Of a stretch of 64,000 bases of DNA, positions 29,039 to 39,788 are shown piece by piece. How positions within the stretch are numbered: position 1 is the first letter of the stretch; each line of letters starts with the position of its first letter. The translations under genes were made by a program, and so were the position numbers. The stretch lies in NCBI GenBank assembly GCA_963843795.1, contig CAWJLW010000006.1, positions 3,174,375 to 3,238,374 on the forward strand, given 5' to 3'. The notes below the pieces were generated by a model that was given only the letters and a program-made list of their open reading frames with translations, was not told the DNA's origin and searched no databases. The stretch is from an uncultured bacterium (lineage in GTDB: Bacteria > Armatimonadota > Abditibacteriia > Abditibacteriales > Abditibacteriaceae).

Positions 29039-31096
29039 TCAACCGGCGCGACGCGCGCTGTAATATTTCTTGCTGTAATACGACGAACCCAGGGAATCGA
29101 CGCGCACTCGGCTGCCGCTGTTGGGAGCGTGCACGAAATTGTTGTTACCGACATAAATGCCAACGTGCGAGACGCCGCGCTTGTAGGTGTTGGCGAACAA
29201 CACGATATCGCCGCTTTTCAATTCGTTGCGTTTCACTGGCTTGCCGTAAGAGGCCAAACCAGCGGCGGTGCGCGGTGGACTGTAACCGCGCTGACGCAGG
29301 ATGTAATAAATCAAGCCCGAACAATCGAAACCGCTGCTAGGCGACGACGCGCCATAACGATAAGGCGTGCCGCGATAAGTTAGCGCCTGGTTAGCCAACG
29401 ATTCGCCGAGCTTTTGCTTGCCCGCATTGGCAGCGGGGCCGCGTCCATTAGCGAAGTCGCGCGGCGAACCGCCGCGATTGGGTGTAGCTTTTTTGGGCGC
29501 CTTCTTCGCCAGCACCATCCATTGGGCTGCGTTCAAATCGTTGGCGGCTATCAGCGGTGCCAACTCGTTTGTGCTGATGTCTCCGCTCGCCGAAACGTCA
29601 TACGTAATCTCTTGAAACGTTGGCGGCTGAAAATTGAAAGGCGAGCTTTGCAAAAGCGGCGTGGCACGAGCCGAATAAAGCTCGCTGGTGCCGAATGCAG
29701 TTGGCTCGATTTGAGCGTTGCTGCTGTTGTTGCGAGCCTGCGCTTTACGCTGATTGGCCAGAAACGCTTCGCGAGCGCGCAAGAGTTCGGCGGGCGAAAT
29801 CGGACGCACGCCGCTCGACGCTATGGGCGGCGGAGCCATGGGCGGCGTTCCCAGACGGGCGCGCAAATTGTTACGGCGCGCGGTCTCGGCTTCTTGACGC
29901 CTGCGAGCGCGAATTTGCGAGGCACTCAACTTCGGGGCCGGCGCTTTCGCCGCAACTTTCGCCGGAGCTTTTGGAGCCGGAGCTTTTGGAGCCAGAGCTT
30001 TAACGACTTTCCGAACGGGCGCGGCCTTCACCGGCGTCGCTTTGGTAGCAATCGGCGCGCGCACGACCGGCGCACTATCCACGCTAGTCACACCGACCGG
30101 CGCATTGGCAGACGGGGCATCGATAACCGGCGCGTTGGGCGTGACGACGAGTGGCATAGGGGGCGTTAGCGAAGCAGGAACAGCTGCGCCTTCTTTGCGT
30201 TCGGTGGCAAAAGCCGGACGCTCGCTGGGAGCGACTTTCACTGCCGAAGTACGCGATGGGCGCGAAGGCGATAGCACCACTTCATCGCGATCCCAGCGCA
30301 CTTGCTGTACGCTCACCAGTGCAGGCGCAGTAGAAGCCGTTACGGTGCGCGGAGTGACAACGCGCGGTGTGACAACGCGCGGCGTCGCAGCCTTGGCAAC
30401 CGTTTTTGGGGTGGGCGTCACAACGACAGGACGCGCCGCAATTTTCGGCGCAGGCTTTTTCGATTTGGACGAAGCTTTGGGTGCGACCTTAGCGATTTTG
30501 ATTTTGTGCGCTGCGGGGCCGATACCGTATTTGGCCTGATGAGCGCTCACTTGTGCGGACGCGCCATATAAACGCTGCTTGGCGCTGCGTGCCGAAGCGA
30601 TGCGCGCTTTGGCGGGCGAAAGATAAGCAACTTTATCGGATTTGGGGCAGTTCAACAGTTCGTGATGCACCCAAGCGAATTTGTGATCGCTGGTTTCGAC
30701 ACGATACCAGCCGTTGTATTTGCCCCACACGAATACTTGTGTGCCATGCGCGACTTTGGCCACAACCGGCGTGTCGGATGAATATCCGGCGCGCAAATAA
30801 GTCTGCGATCCATTCGTCCATGCCGGTGCGCCCGGCAATTTTTGGACTGACGAAACCGAAGACAATTTTTTGGCTTTGGCTGCGTGCACTGCACCGGTTA
30901 GGCTCAAAGGTACAACGAGCAGGGCCAAGCCCGTCAGGCTCAGTTGCAAGGCCGAACGCTTTGCGGTCAGGCGGGACATATTGTTTGCTGGCACAACGAT
31001 TGCAGCCGCGACGCGGTTAATAGTTGGGAATTGCGACAGAAAAGGATTGCGAAAGATGTGGCGTGTTCCGGCGTGCCTCTGGCGAGGGAAAGTCAT
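29039..31096 (-). CDS. SH3 + NlpC/P60 (C40) cell-wall endopeptidase with a long Ala/Pro/Lys linker
   Basis: AGGAG RBS; SH3-like YLRAG...GWYRV; C-terminal GTPYRYG, GFDCSGL, SHVGIY, FVHA; TPRVV and KAPAP tandem repeats. Confidence 0.92.
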   Translation of the reverse strand: MTFPRQRHAGTRHIFRNPFLSQFPTINRVAAAIVVPANNMSRLTAKRSALQLSLTGLALLVVPLSLTGAVHAAKAKKLSSVSSVQKLPGAPAWTNGSQTYLRAGYSSDTPVVAKVAHGTQVFVWGKYNGWYRVETSDHKFAWVHHELLNCPKSDKVAYLSPAKARIASARSAKQRLYGASAQVSAHQAKYGIGPAAHKIKIAKVAPKASSKSKKPAPKIAARPVVVTPTPKTVAKAATPRVVTPRVVTPRTVTASTAPALVSVQQVRWDRDEVVLSPSRPSRTSAVKVAPSERPAFATERKEGAAVPASLTPPMPLVVTPNAPVIDAPSANAPVGVTSVDSAPVVRAPIATKATPVKAAPVRKVVKALAPKAPAPKAPAKVAAKAPAPKLSASQIRARRRQEAETARRNNLRARLGTPPMAPPPIASSGVRPISPAELLRAREAFLANQRKAQARNNSSNAQIEPTAFGTSELYSARATPLLQSSPFNFQPPTFQEITYDVSASGDISTNELAPLIAANDLNAAQWMVLAKKAPKKATPNRGGSPRDFANGRGPAANAGKQKLGESLANQALTYRGTPYRYGASSPSSGFDCSGLIYYILRQRGYSPPRTAAGLASYGKPVKRNELKSGDIVLFANTYKRGVSHVGIYVGNNNFVHAPNSGSRVRVDSLGSSYYSKKYYSARRAG

Positions 31097-31580
31097 TTAA
31101 ACTCCTGTAAGCTTTCGTGCTCGTTGCTGGTCGTTCGGTGACGTGTCTTTCATGCGAAAACGGCTTTAGTAGAAACGACTTCGAATTTGACTTCGAGGCA
31201 GTTTGATTTAACTCGATTTTCAGCAGACAACTCATCAAGACGACAAAAAACGGACAACTTTTCAGAGATTTAATTCGCTTTCAAGTGTCCGCAACTTCGC
31301 TTCCACCGCCACAAGCCATCTGTAGCTTTCGGCTAAAATTCGACTCCGAATAGTGGGCGCAAAACTCTTCTAACTTTACCGAGCAAAGGCTTGTCTGTCA
31401 AACCAAACAATCGGTTTTTAGGCAATTTTACACTTGTATAAAGCGGCAAAACTCAGACCTATTCCCAAAACGCGCCTTCGCACCCGCGTCCTTTTAGTTC
31501 TGCTTATTGCTGCAAAAGCCGATAAAAATGGGCGCGACGAAGCTCGAACTCAAGCCGTAATCAAGGCCAATCACAAATTC

Positions 31581-32411
31581 ATGAGGCGAACCTTTCAAGA
31601 ATCTATACCGAGTTCGTCTCCGTTCAAAGCCGTTTTGCGAGCGTTACAAACCGGCGCGCAAAAACTGGAAGCGGGCATTTTGCCGCCCCGTTGTGCAGGT
31701 TGCAACTGGTTCGAGGAGCAGTTGTTTTGCCAACGCTGCCGCACAAACTTGCATCAAGTGAAACCACCCTTTTGTGCGTGTTGTGGCGAACCATTCGACC
31801 CGCAGGCGCAAGTTCTTGCCACTTCGTTGTGCGCCGATTGCCGTCCCAACCGTTATCAACACGCGCCACCGCTGGATACAGCGCGTTCTTTATGGGTGAT
31901 GGAGGGCACAGCACGACGCGTTGTTTATCGTTTCAAATACCAGAATCGCCATCATCTGTCGGAACTTTTGGCGCACGAAATGGCGCTTTATTTGAGCGCT
32001 CACGCAGAGGAAACGCCGCAATTGATCGTGCCGGTTCCGCTGCATTCGTGGCGACAATGGAGACGCGGTTACAATCAAAGCGCTTTGTTAGCGCGGGCTT
32101 TGGCGACCACACTGCAAACGCCTTATGCCGAGCTTCTGCGGCGCACTCGCCACACGCCCAGCCAGACGCGATTGAATATCGGTCAGCGACGCGAAAATGT
32201 GCGTGATGCGTTTGCTGTCGATGCCAAAGTTTGTGGCAAGTACTTGCCACAAACGATTTCCCACGTTTTGCTCATCGACGACGTTTATACAACCGGCGCC
32301 ACGCTGCGCGAATGTGCGCGTCAACTCAAAAGTGCCGGTTTTGCTTCAGTGCACGCCCTCACCTTAACGCGACAGCCCACAGCAACCAATCCAAAAATTC
32401 CTCCGGCATAA
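31581..32411 (+). CDS. ComF-family protein (double zinc ribbon + PRTase)
   Basis: Four CxxC; IVPVPLH, RGYNQS, LIDDVYTTGATL. Confidence 0.92.
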   Translation: MRRTFQESIPSSSPFKAVLRALQTGAQKLEAGILPPRCAGCNWFEEQLFCQRCRTNLHQVKPPFCACCGEPFDPQAQVLATSLCADCRPNRYQHAPPLDTARSLWVMEGTARRVVYRFKYQNRHHLSELLAHEMALYLSAHAEETPQLIVPVPLHSWRQWRRGYNQSALLARALATTLQTPYAELLRRTRHTPSQTRLNIGQRRENVRDAFAVDAKVCGKYLPQTISHVLLIDDVYTTGATLRECARQLKSAGFASVHALTLTRQPTATNPKIPPA

Positions 32412-32461
32412 TATCCAAGCATTTAAACTTGTCCCATCATTTGCCGTCCGCGCCCCTTATT

Positions 32462-33643
32462 ATGAAATCAAATCCGCCCGCCGAAGCCGAAACAGCAGAC
32501 AAAGTGCAGCACACGAACCAACATCCGACTGACGTGCGCGAAGAGCCAGCAAAAGACGCCGACATCGAAGTGCCCGCAAAAGTTACTCAAAACGATGTGT
32601 TGGCGCTCATTTTCAATCCGGCTTCGGGTAGCGCCCGCGCCGCCGCTGACGACAACGGCATCCCCGGTTTTCGCGAGCAAATTGAAAAAGCTTTGCAAGC
32701 CCAAAATGCAAATTACGAATTTTATGAGACGACCAAAGAGCGCGGCGCCGATGCCATCGCTCAGCAGTTGGCCAAAGAAGGCGCGCAGCACATCGTGGTT
32801 TGTGGCGGCGACGGCACCGTGATGGGTGCAGTCAACGGCTTGTTTCGAGGCCAAGAAAAAACCGACGTACCCAACCCGATTTTGTCGATTGTGCCCGCCG
32901 GAACCGCTAACTTGCTGGCAACCGCATTGGGCATTTCCACCGAAGTCGAAAAAGCAGTAAAAACCGCAATCGAAGGTCGCGACACCGAAATCGATCTGGG
33001 ACGTTGCGGCGAAAGCGTGTTCGCGCTGGGTTTGGGTTTGGGATTAACCGAACGTTTAGTGTCTCAGGCCAGCGCGCGCGACAAGGAAAAGCTGGGCAAG
33101 TGGGCTTATGCCAAAGCGATGTATAACGAATTGGGTGCGCCTCCGACCAAATTTCGTTTCAAGATCGATAACGGCGCAGAACAAACCGATAGCGGCGTCG
33201 CAGTTGTAGTCGCCAACGCGGGCGACATGGGCGGAAAATTACAGTTCGCTCCCGACGCGCGCATGGATGATGGTCTGCTCGATTTGTGCATTTTGCACCG
33301 CTTCTCGATCAAAGACGCTGCGCGCATGTTGGTAAAAATGTTAATCGGCAAACTGCCGTCCGACCGCGCGGTGACTTTTTTGCAAGCCAAAGAAATCGAA
33401 ATCCTCAGCGAGCCACCTTTAGATTTACAAATCGATGGCGAAGAAGTCGATGGCGGCACACCGCTGACCGCTTCGGTTATGCCCAACGCGCTGCGCGTCC
33501 GCGTGCCGCAGGAACAAATCGATGAGGAAACCGACGAAATCATTCCTGCTGCCGAAATTTCCAGTCCGCGCCCGCTGGTTTTAGCTGCGTTGGGCGTGCT
33601 CGCGGTGGTCGCCGGTTTAGTTTGGTGGCGTCGGCGCGATTAA
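32462..33643 (+). CDS. Diacylglycerol/lipid kinase family protein (YegS/DagK-like)
   Basis: NPASG, GGDGTV, PAGTANLLA, DDGLLD, QIDGE; C-terminal TM anchor. Confidence 0.9.
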   Translation: MKSNPPAEAETADKVQHTNQHPTDVREEPAKDADIEVPAKVTQNDVLALIFNPASGSARAAADDNGIPGFREQIEKALQAQNANYEFYETTKERGADAIAQQLAKEGAQHIVVCGGDGTVMGAVNGLFRGQEKTDVPNPILSIVPAGTANLLATALGISTEVEKAVKTAIEGRDTEIDLGRCGESVFALGLGLGLTERLVSQASARDKEKLGKWAYAKAMYNELGAPPTKFRFKIDNGAEQTDSGVAVVVANAGDMGGKLQFAPDARMDDGLLDLCILHRFSIKDAARMLVKMLIGKLPSDRAVTFLQAKEIEILSEPPLDLQIDGEEVDGGTPLTASVMPNALRVRVPQEQIDEETDEIIPAAEISSPRPLVLAALGVLAVVAGLVWWRRRD

Positions 33644-33773
33644 GCGAACAGCCCTGCAAGTACTTGCAGGGCTGTTCGTCTCTATCTAATTGCAGGCTAA
33701 AAGAGTCTGAATAGGGAATACTGCAAAGCGATAATTTTTGAATGGGTGATTTGGGAAAATGTAAAAAGACGAG

Positions 33774-34664
33774 GTGCCATTGATGCAGAATTCCGCTTAT
33801 CAAAATTCGCTGAATCAAACAGCGATTGGCTTTACGCCGCACAACCGCCAGCAAAGCGTCAGGCGCGGCGTGGTTTACCTGGTGATGGCCGTCATTTTGG
33901 GCTGGACGCCGTGGTTTGCTGGCCCGAGCTGGCCGTGGTCGCTGGCTTTAATGTCGCTGGCGCTTCTCATTGGTGCCGAGCCATGGACAAAAAAACACGA
34001 TAGCGGCGCGCTGGTTGTGACGCTGCTGTGCGCCGCCATCACCTGGCAACTTCTGCATTTGGGCATCGGCGTTGTGCCATGGTTGTTGGCTTCGTTTTTC
34101 CTTATCTCAGCGCAATCGTTTCGCTTCGATTTCACGCGTTGGCGCAGCGGCTACGCGACTTATATTCCACTTGGCGTCGCGCTGTGCTTGCTGAGTTTAT
34201 TGGCGACATGGCATCACAGTGATGGCATGTGGTCATTCGGCTGGCAGGGCAACTTTCCATATCAAAACCATTACAACCCGATGACCGGCCAGTGGGAAAT
34301 GCAGCGGAATTATAACTCGACGATGCACATCAATAATTCCTTTTTTCCCGGCTTCGCCTTTTCGGGCCGCACAGTCAGCGGCGCGCTGTGGGTTGAAATG
34401 GCTTTGTTGGGCGTGGCGGCGTGGTCGCTGTGGCGCGATAACATGACGCGCGCCCATTGGCGTCTGGCTCCGATTGCGGCGATTGCGGTGTTAGAATTCT
34501 GGGCGCTGCCCGCGATTTTCGCCGGCTTCGCTGGCCCCTGTTGGTTTCTGGTCGGGCTGGCAATTTGCGGTTTCGGCGTCTGGAAAAGCGCGCTGGGCCA
34601 AACTCACGGCGATTACGACCCGGCTGATGTCTGGCAACGCACGCGCACCAAGCTGCGAATTTAG
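33774..34664 (+). CDS. Hypothetical integral membrane protein
   Basis: About 296 aa with multiple hydrophobic segments; no recognised motif. Confidence 0.65.
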   Translation: MPLMQNSAYQNSLNQTAIGFTPHNRQQSVRRGVVYLVMAVILGWTPWFAGPSWPWSLALMSLALLIGAEPWTKKHDSGALVVTLLCAAITWQLLHLGIGVVPWLLASFFLISAQSFRFDFTRWRSGYATYIPLGVALCLLSLLATWHHSDGMWSFGWQGNFPYQNHYNPMTGQWEMQRNYNSTMHINNSFFPGFAFSGRTVSGALWVEMALLGVAAWSLWRDNMTRAHWRLAPIAAIAVLEFWALPAIFAGFAGPCWFLVGLAICGFGVWKSALGQTHGDYDPADVWQRTRTKLRI

Positions 34665-34677
34665 AACTTCCTGAAAG

Positions 34678-34713
34678 AAAAACCTCCCTGCAAGTACTTG
34701 CAGGGAGGTTTTT
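34678..34713. terminator. 36-bp perfect palindrome centred on the repeat; bidirectional terminator-like
   Basis: AAAAACCTCCCTGCAAGT|ACTTGCAGGGAGGTTTTT between convergent genes. Confidence 0.75.
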
Positions 34714-34735
34714 TCATTTTTGATTCTGTCATCTC

Positions 34736-35641
34736 TCACAAATTCGTCATTTTCTTGACGGCTTCAAAGCGTTTTTCAACTTCTTCCAACTTCAAATCGG
34801 CCAACGATGTTGCCGAAAATTTCTGTACAGTCACCGAAGCCACGACGCTGCCCATCAGCAAAGCGCGGCGAATATTATCCAGCGAAACGTCATCGCTTTT
34901 AGCGAGATAACCCAGCATCGAACCCGCGAGCGAATCGCCAGCGCCAGTCGGGTCGGCGACTTCTTCCAGCGGATACGCGACGTTGGCGTAAATTTCTTCG
35001 CCCGCGAACAATAGTGCGCCGTGCTCGCCTTTTTTAATCACAACGTACTTTGGCCCTAGCTTTTGAATCGCGCGACCAGCTTGCATCAAGTTGTCGCATT
35101 CGGTCAACATGCGTGCTTCGCCATCGTTGAGCACAGCCAGATCAACTCGGCCAAACACCGCTTTCACGTCGTCGCGCGCGATATTAATCCACAAATTCAT
35201 CGTATCGCACGCGACGAAACGCGGCTTGCGCACTTGCTCCAGTACTTTAAGTTGCAATTGCGGGCCAATATTGGCCAGCAAAACGAACTCGGCGTCACGA
35301 TATTGTTCGGGCAATTGTGGGTCGAAATGCTCAAAAACACCCAGATGAGTTTCGTGAGTTTGCGCGGCATTCAAATCGTCGAGATAATCGCCCTTCCAGC
35401 GAAAAGTGTCGCCGCCTTGGATGATTTGCAAACCTTCCAAGTCAATGCCGCGACTTTTCAATAGTTCGATGTGTTCGTTGGGAAAATCTTCACCCACCAC
35501 GCCGACCAAATGAACAGGCACAAACATCGAAGCTGCGATGGAACTGTAAGTCGCTGTGCCTCCGAGAGCATCTTCGGCAACACCGGCGGGAGTTTCAATC
35601 GAATCGAGTGCGACCGAACCGACAATCAATAATTCATTCAT
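34736..35641 (-). CDS. PfkB-family carbohydrate kinase
   Basis: VGSVALDSIETP, DPTGAGDSLAG. Confidence 0.93.
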   Translation of the reverse strand: MNELLIVGSVALDSIETPAGVAEDALGGTATYSSIAASMFVPVHLVGVVGEDFPNEHIELLKSRGIDLEGLQIIQGGDTFRWKGDYLDDLNAAQTHETHLGVFEHFDPQLPEQYRDAEFVLLANIGPQLQLKVLEQVRKPRFVACDTMNLWINIARDDVKAVFGRVDLAVLNDGEARMLTECDNLMQAGRAIQKLGPKYVVIKKGEHGALLFAGEEIYANVAYPLEEVADPTGAGDSLAGSMLGYLAKSDDVSLDNIRRALLMGSVVASVTVQKFSATSLADLKLEEVEKRFEAVKKMTNL

Positions 35642-35699
35642 AGTTTTGGATGGAAGTTGGGAAAAGTTGGTTTTACAACTTTTCCCTTTCAACTTTGGT

Positions 35700-36826
35700 T
35701 TATTTCATCACGATATCGGCGAATTCCAGATATTCGGGTGTCACGTCGCGCGTGATGGATTTGCCGTTGTCGTCGGTCAATTGTTCCAGCGGAAACGGCA
35801 CGATGTCCTGACCTTTCAAAGCGCGCCATCACGCCGAATTTGCCCTGCGGCGACGTAATCGGCGGCGGCGACGCCCATACGCGCGCCCAGAATGCGGTCG
35901 ACCAAAGTCGGTTCGCCGCCGCGCATCAAGTGCGCCATGACCGAAACGCGCGTGTCCCAGCCCAATTCTTCTTTGATGCGATACGCGCACCAATCGCCGA
36001 CGCGACGCTCTTTCAAAATCGGATGGCCGAAGCAGTCGATTTCGACCGCGCTTTCGCCCAAACGCGTGCCGTTCAAACCGGTCGCGATTTCATCGGCCCA
36101 CTCTTCCAAATCGGGATGATCGGCGCCTTCGGCGACCACAACAAGAGCGTAATTGCGGCGCTTTTTCACTTCGCGCAGTTTGGCGAACATGCCTTCCAAA
36201 TCGGCCGGATTGCGTTCGGGCAACAACACGTAATCGGCATCGGCGGCGATGGCGGTAAACAGCGCCGTCCAACCGGCTTTGCGACCGAAAACTTCCAGCA
36301 CAATCACGCGATTATGCGAATCGGCGGTGTCGCGCAAACGCTGCAAGGCTTCAACGGCGAGCGTGACCGAAGTGTCGAAACCGAAACATTGATCGGTGCC
36401 GAACACATCGTTGTCCATCGTTTTGGGCACGCCGACGCACGGCACCGGCTTGCTCAAGTTGTCGCCTTTGGTCAGGCGCGAAGCGACCGAAAGCGTGTCG
36501 TCGCCGCCGATGGCGACAATCGCATCGAGGCCCAGTTTTTCGACGTTCTTGACCAAATTGGTCAAATATTCCGGGTTTTTCGGATTGTAGGCGTTGGTGC
36601 GCGACGTGTGCAAAATCGTGCCGCCCTGCTTGATAATCGGGCGCACATCGTCAACGCTGAGCGGAAGCGCGTTGGGTTCATCTTCGACCAGCGATTTCCA
36701 GCCGTTTTGCAAGGCCAGACATTCGATGCCATGATCGGCGGCGCGCGTCACGATGCCTTTGATGGTCGGGTTCAGGCCCGGGCAATCGCCGCCGCCCGTC
36801 AAAATTCCAATTTTTTTCACTGCCAT
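35700..36826 (-). CDS. pfkA: 6-phosphofructokinase (PfkA family; two apparent +1 errors near 35820-35845)
   Basis: TGGGDCPGLN, GGDDT, PKTMDND; shifted frames give GKFGVM..LKGQDIVPFPLEQL...MK*. Confidence 0.9.
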
Positions 36827-37136
36827 ATTTTTCGCTCCTCGAAATATTAAATCGTAAATTGCCTCAAGCCATCATAACAAAAGCGCGCTGCAAGTACTTG
36901 CAGCAACGCTAAAAATAGTTTTGTGCAAACGAAATTTATCGTGCTTAATAAATCCACGGTTTTTGGCAGGAGAGAATTTACTACGCGTTTTGAGTTCAGG
37001 GATTTCTCCGCTCGGGGCATAGAAATATCTGCTGCAAGTACTTGCAGCAGGAAATGAGCGCGAAAATGGGCCGGCAAAGCGTGGTTTTTGGTAACCTGAA
37101 ATCACCTGACAATTGTTTTTACGCAAGGAAAAACCC

Positions 37137-38429
37137 ATGGCAAAACGCAGCGTTCAGGCTCGGATGGATGAATTTTTCTATCGCGAGCTGCTCAAATATC
37201 TCAAACTGGCCGAAGAAAAACGGCGCTGGAACGTCTTCAAAGACATTCCCTGGGACAAGGCCAATCCCAACACTTCCGACACTCTCGCGCATTGCGTCGA
37301 AACGTTTTGCGCCGTCGAAATGTATCTGCCCGACTTCACCGCGAATCTGCTGCACATGATTCGTCGCAGTCGTGGCCGCTCGTGGTTTCACGTCAACTGG
37401 GGTTACGAAGAGTCCAAGCACTCCATGGCTTTGGAAGCGTGGCTTTTGGCTTCTGGCCATCGCACCGAAGATCAGCGCGCAGCTTTTGAAAAAGAATTGT
37501 TGGAAGCCGAATGGGAACTGCCCTTCGATCATCCGCGCCAAATGGTTTGCTATACGATGATTCAGGAACTCGCGACTTTCTGGAATTATCGCAACTTAGA
37601 AAAAATGGCCGCCAAAGACCGCGATTTAGCTCTGGTTTCCGCCTTGCGCGTGATTTCGGTCGACGAGCGCGTGCATTACAACTTTTATCGCAACACGGTG
37701 AAAGAATGGATGCGTTTGGACGATGCGGGCACAATTGAAGATTTGAAATACGTTTTCGACCATTTCACAATGCCTGGCAAAAGCCAGATTCCACGCTACG
37801 ACGAATCGGCGAAAATTTTGGCCAAAACCGGCATTTACGGACCGCGCGAATATATCAAGCTGGTCAAAAACCCAATTTTAGAAGATTTGAAATTAGACAA
37901 AGAGTTCAATTTCTTAGAAAGCCGCGAAGAACGCGAAAGGGCCGCGCGCGAAAGAGAAGAACGCGCGATGCGGCGCGAACAAATCGCTATCGGCAACGGT
38001 CACGCCGTGCCGAAAAACAGTTCGCCATTGAATGGTAAACCCGAAGGAAACGGCACGAACAAACCCGAAACCAAAAGTTTTCATCCGGCACTAACTAGCA
38101 ACGCGGTTTCCAAAGTGCTGAAGAATTTGCACGACGAAGACGAAGACAATCCGCTCGATGATTATGAAAATCGCGCTTCGCCGTTGTTGCAAATCATGGG
38201 TGTAGAACCAGCCAAACGCGCGCCCAGCAGTTCGGTCATTATGGCGTGGGAAAGCGAAATGGAGCGTCTGCCGGGCAGTCGAGGCATGGACAGCTACGAC
38301 GATCTGGATCAGCGTTTAATGGAAATCGGCGACGAGAAAAGTAATAATGCCGAAGAAATGCGCACAGAACGCGCCGAAATTCGCCGCAGCCGCGTTAAAA
38401 ATAACAAGCTGTTCCGCACCGACGATTAA
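37137..38429 (+). CDS. Acyl-ACP desaturase-like ferritin-fold diiron protein with a long C-terminal tail
   Basis: WGYEESKH, IQELAT, DERVH, FTMPG. Confidence 0.85.
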   Translation: MAKRSVQARMDEFFYRELLKYLKLAEEKRRWNVFKDIPWDKANPNTSDTLAHCVETFCAVEMYLPDFTANLLHMIRRSRGRSWFHVNWGYEESKHSMALEAWLLASGHRTEDQRAAFEKELLEAEWELPFDHPRQMVCYTMIQELATFWNYRNLEKMAAKDRDLALVSALRVISVDERVHYNFYRNTVKEWMRLDDAGTIEDLKYVFDHFTMPGKSQIPRYDESAKILAKTGIYGPREYIKLVKNPILEDLKLDKEFNFLESREERERAAREREERAMRREQIAIGNGHAVPKNSSPLNGKPEGNGTNKPETKSFHPALTSNAVSKVLKNLHDEDEDNPLDDYENRASPLLQIMGVEPAKRAPSSSVIMAWESEMERLPGSRGMDSYDDLDQRLMEIGDEKSNNAEEMRTERAEIRRSRVKNNKLFRTDD

Positions 38430-38444
38430 TCAGCCTCCCCAACC

Positions 38445-38475
38445 AATGCCAGCCGATAACTTATCGGCTGGCATT
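38445..38475 (+). terminator. Hairpin downstream of the desaturase gene
   Basis: AATGCCAGCCGATAA-c-TTATCGGCTGGCATT. Confidence 0.7.
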
Positions 38476-38498
38476 TGATTTTCTCGGAGTGCAATTCT

Positions 38499-39692
38499 AT
38501 GAAGAAAACTGCTTTCATTCTCCTGCCACTTTTGACGTTCTGCGGTCTACAAAACGAGCGCATGAGCGTCGCGCCCGCGAAGGCGCAAACAAGCGCGCAA
38601 GTGGCCGACAAAATTTCTTACAAAGATAAAGCGCAGCGCATTTACAAAAATATCATCCGGCTTTACAGCGTGCCGGAAAGCGATTTGTTCCGCGAAAGTT
38701 ATCCCAAGCAAGCCGACGATCCCGAATACGCGTATTTCTGGCCGCACACCGGTTTGTTCGGCGCGGCGATGCAATTGCAAGCGCTGGGTTACAACGATGA
38801 TTCGATTCAAAAAGTCACGGATGGCATGAACGAATACTGGGACGCCAGCCGCGAACCGCCGGGCTTTCAATCGACGCCGACCAAAACCGGTCGCAGCGAC
38901 CGTTTCTACGACGACAACGCGGTTGCAGGTCTGGCTTTGCTGAATGCGTATCGCATCACCGACAAGCAGCTTTATCTCGACCGCGCGCAGCGTTGTTACT
39001 TTTTCGTGGCGTCCGGCGAATCGCCCGAACTCGGCGGCGGCTTGTATTGGAACGAATCGCATCGCGGCGAAGGCGAAGCCAACGAACATCCGAGCAACAT
39101 TAAAGCGGCAAATGTGACCGCGCTTTCGGCGAATTTGGCGCTCAAAATGTATCAGGTCAAAGGCGATGCAGCGTATCTCGATGCCGCCAAACGCTGGTAT
39201 GCGTGGACGCGCGACAAATTGCAAGACCCGGAAGACAAGATTTATTGGAACGACCTTGCTCTCAAAGATGGCGTCGTCAATCGCACCAAATGGGCTTACA
39301 ACTCGGGCGCGATGATTACGAATGCGTGCTTGCTGTACTCCATCACGCAAGACGCTCATTATCTGCAAGATGCCCGCGAACTGGCGCAACAATCCTACAA
39401 GTACTTTACGCGCGAAGTGCCGGGAAAAGGCCGTTTTTTCCCGCCCAACGATCCGTGGTTCACGATGATTTTGCTGCGCGGCTACCTAGATTTATACGCG
39501 CTAGACAAAAATCCGCAATACATCAACACTCTGATTCAGAACGTCGATTACGCGTGGGAAAATGCGCGCAATGCCAATGGATTGTTTTACGAAGATTGGA
39601 GCGGCGAGAAGCCGGGCCGCTATTATTCGCTGTTGACACAAGAAGCGATGGTCGAAATTTACGCGTTGCTTGCACAATTCAAAAACCAGTGA
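38499..39692 (+). CDS. Secreted glycoside hydrolase family 76 (alpha-1,6-mannanase-like)
   Basis: Signal peptide; RFYDDN catalytic pair, GGGLYW, WAYNSG. Confidence 0.85.
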   Translation: MKKTAFILLPLLTFCGLQNERMSVAPAKAQTSAQVADKISYKDKAQRIYKNIIRLYSVPESDLFRESYPKQADDPEYAYFWPHTGLFGAAMQLQALGYNDDSIQKVTDGMNEYWDASREPPGFQSTPTKTGRSDRFYDDNAVAGLALLNAYRITDKQLYLDRAQRCYFFVASGESPELGGGLYWNESHRGEGEANEHPSNIKAANVTALSANLALKMYQVKGDAAYLDAAKRWYAWTRDKLQDPEDKIYWNDLALKDGVVNRTKWAYNSGAMITNACLLYSITQDAHYLQDARELAQQSYKYFTREVPGKGRFFPPNDPWFTMILLRGYLDLYALDKNPQYINTLIQNVDYAWENARNANGLFYEDWSGEKPGRYYSLLTQEAMVEIYALLAQFKNQ

Positions 39693-39788
39693 GCGAAAAT
39701 GCTGCTGCAAGTTACTTGCATCGTATTTGCACCGTTTTTGGGCAGCGCGTTTTGTTAAACTCGGCGCGATTTTAGGAGAAAAATAAAT

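Noticed and set aside
29930..30390. 15-bp tandem repeats in the NlpC/P60 gene
   Set aside because: They encode ordinary low-complexity linker peptides (KAPAP, TPRVV).
31321..31385. c-di-GMP-I riboswitch suggested by GGGCGCAAA
   Set aside because: The required GAAA-capped P2 and the P3 stem are not evident.
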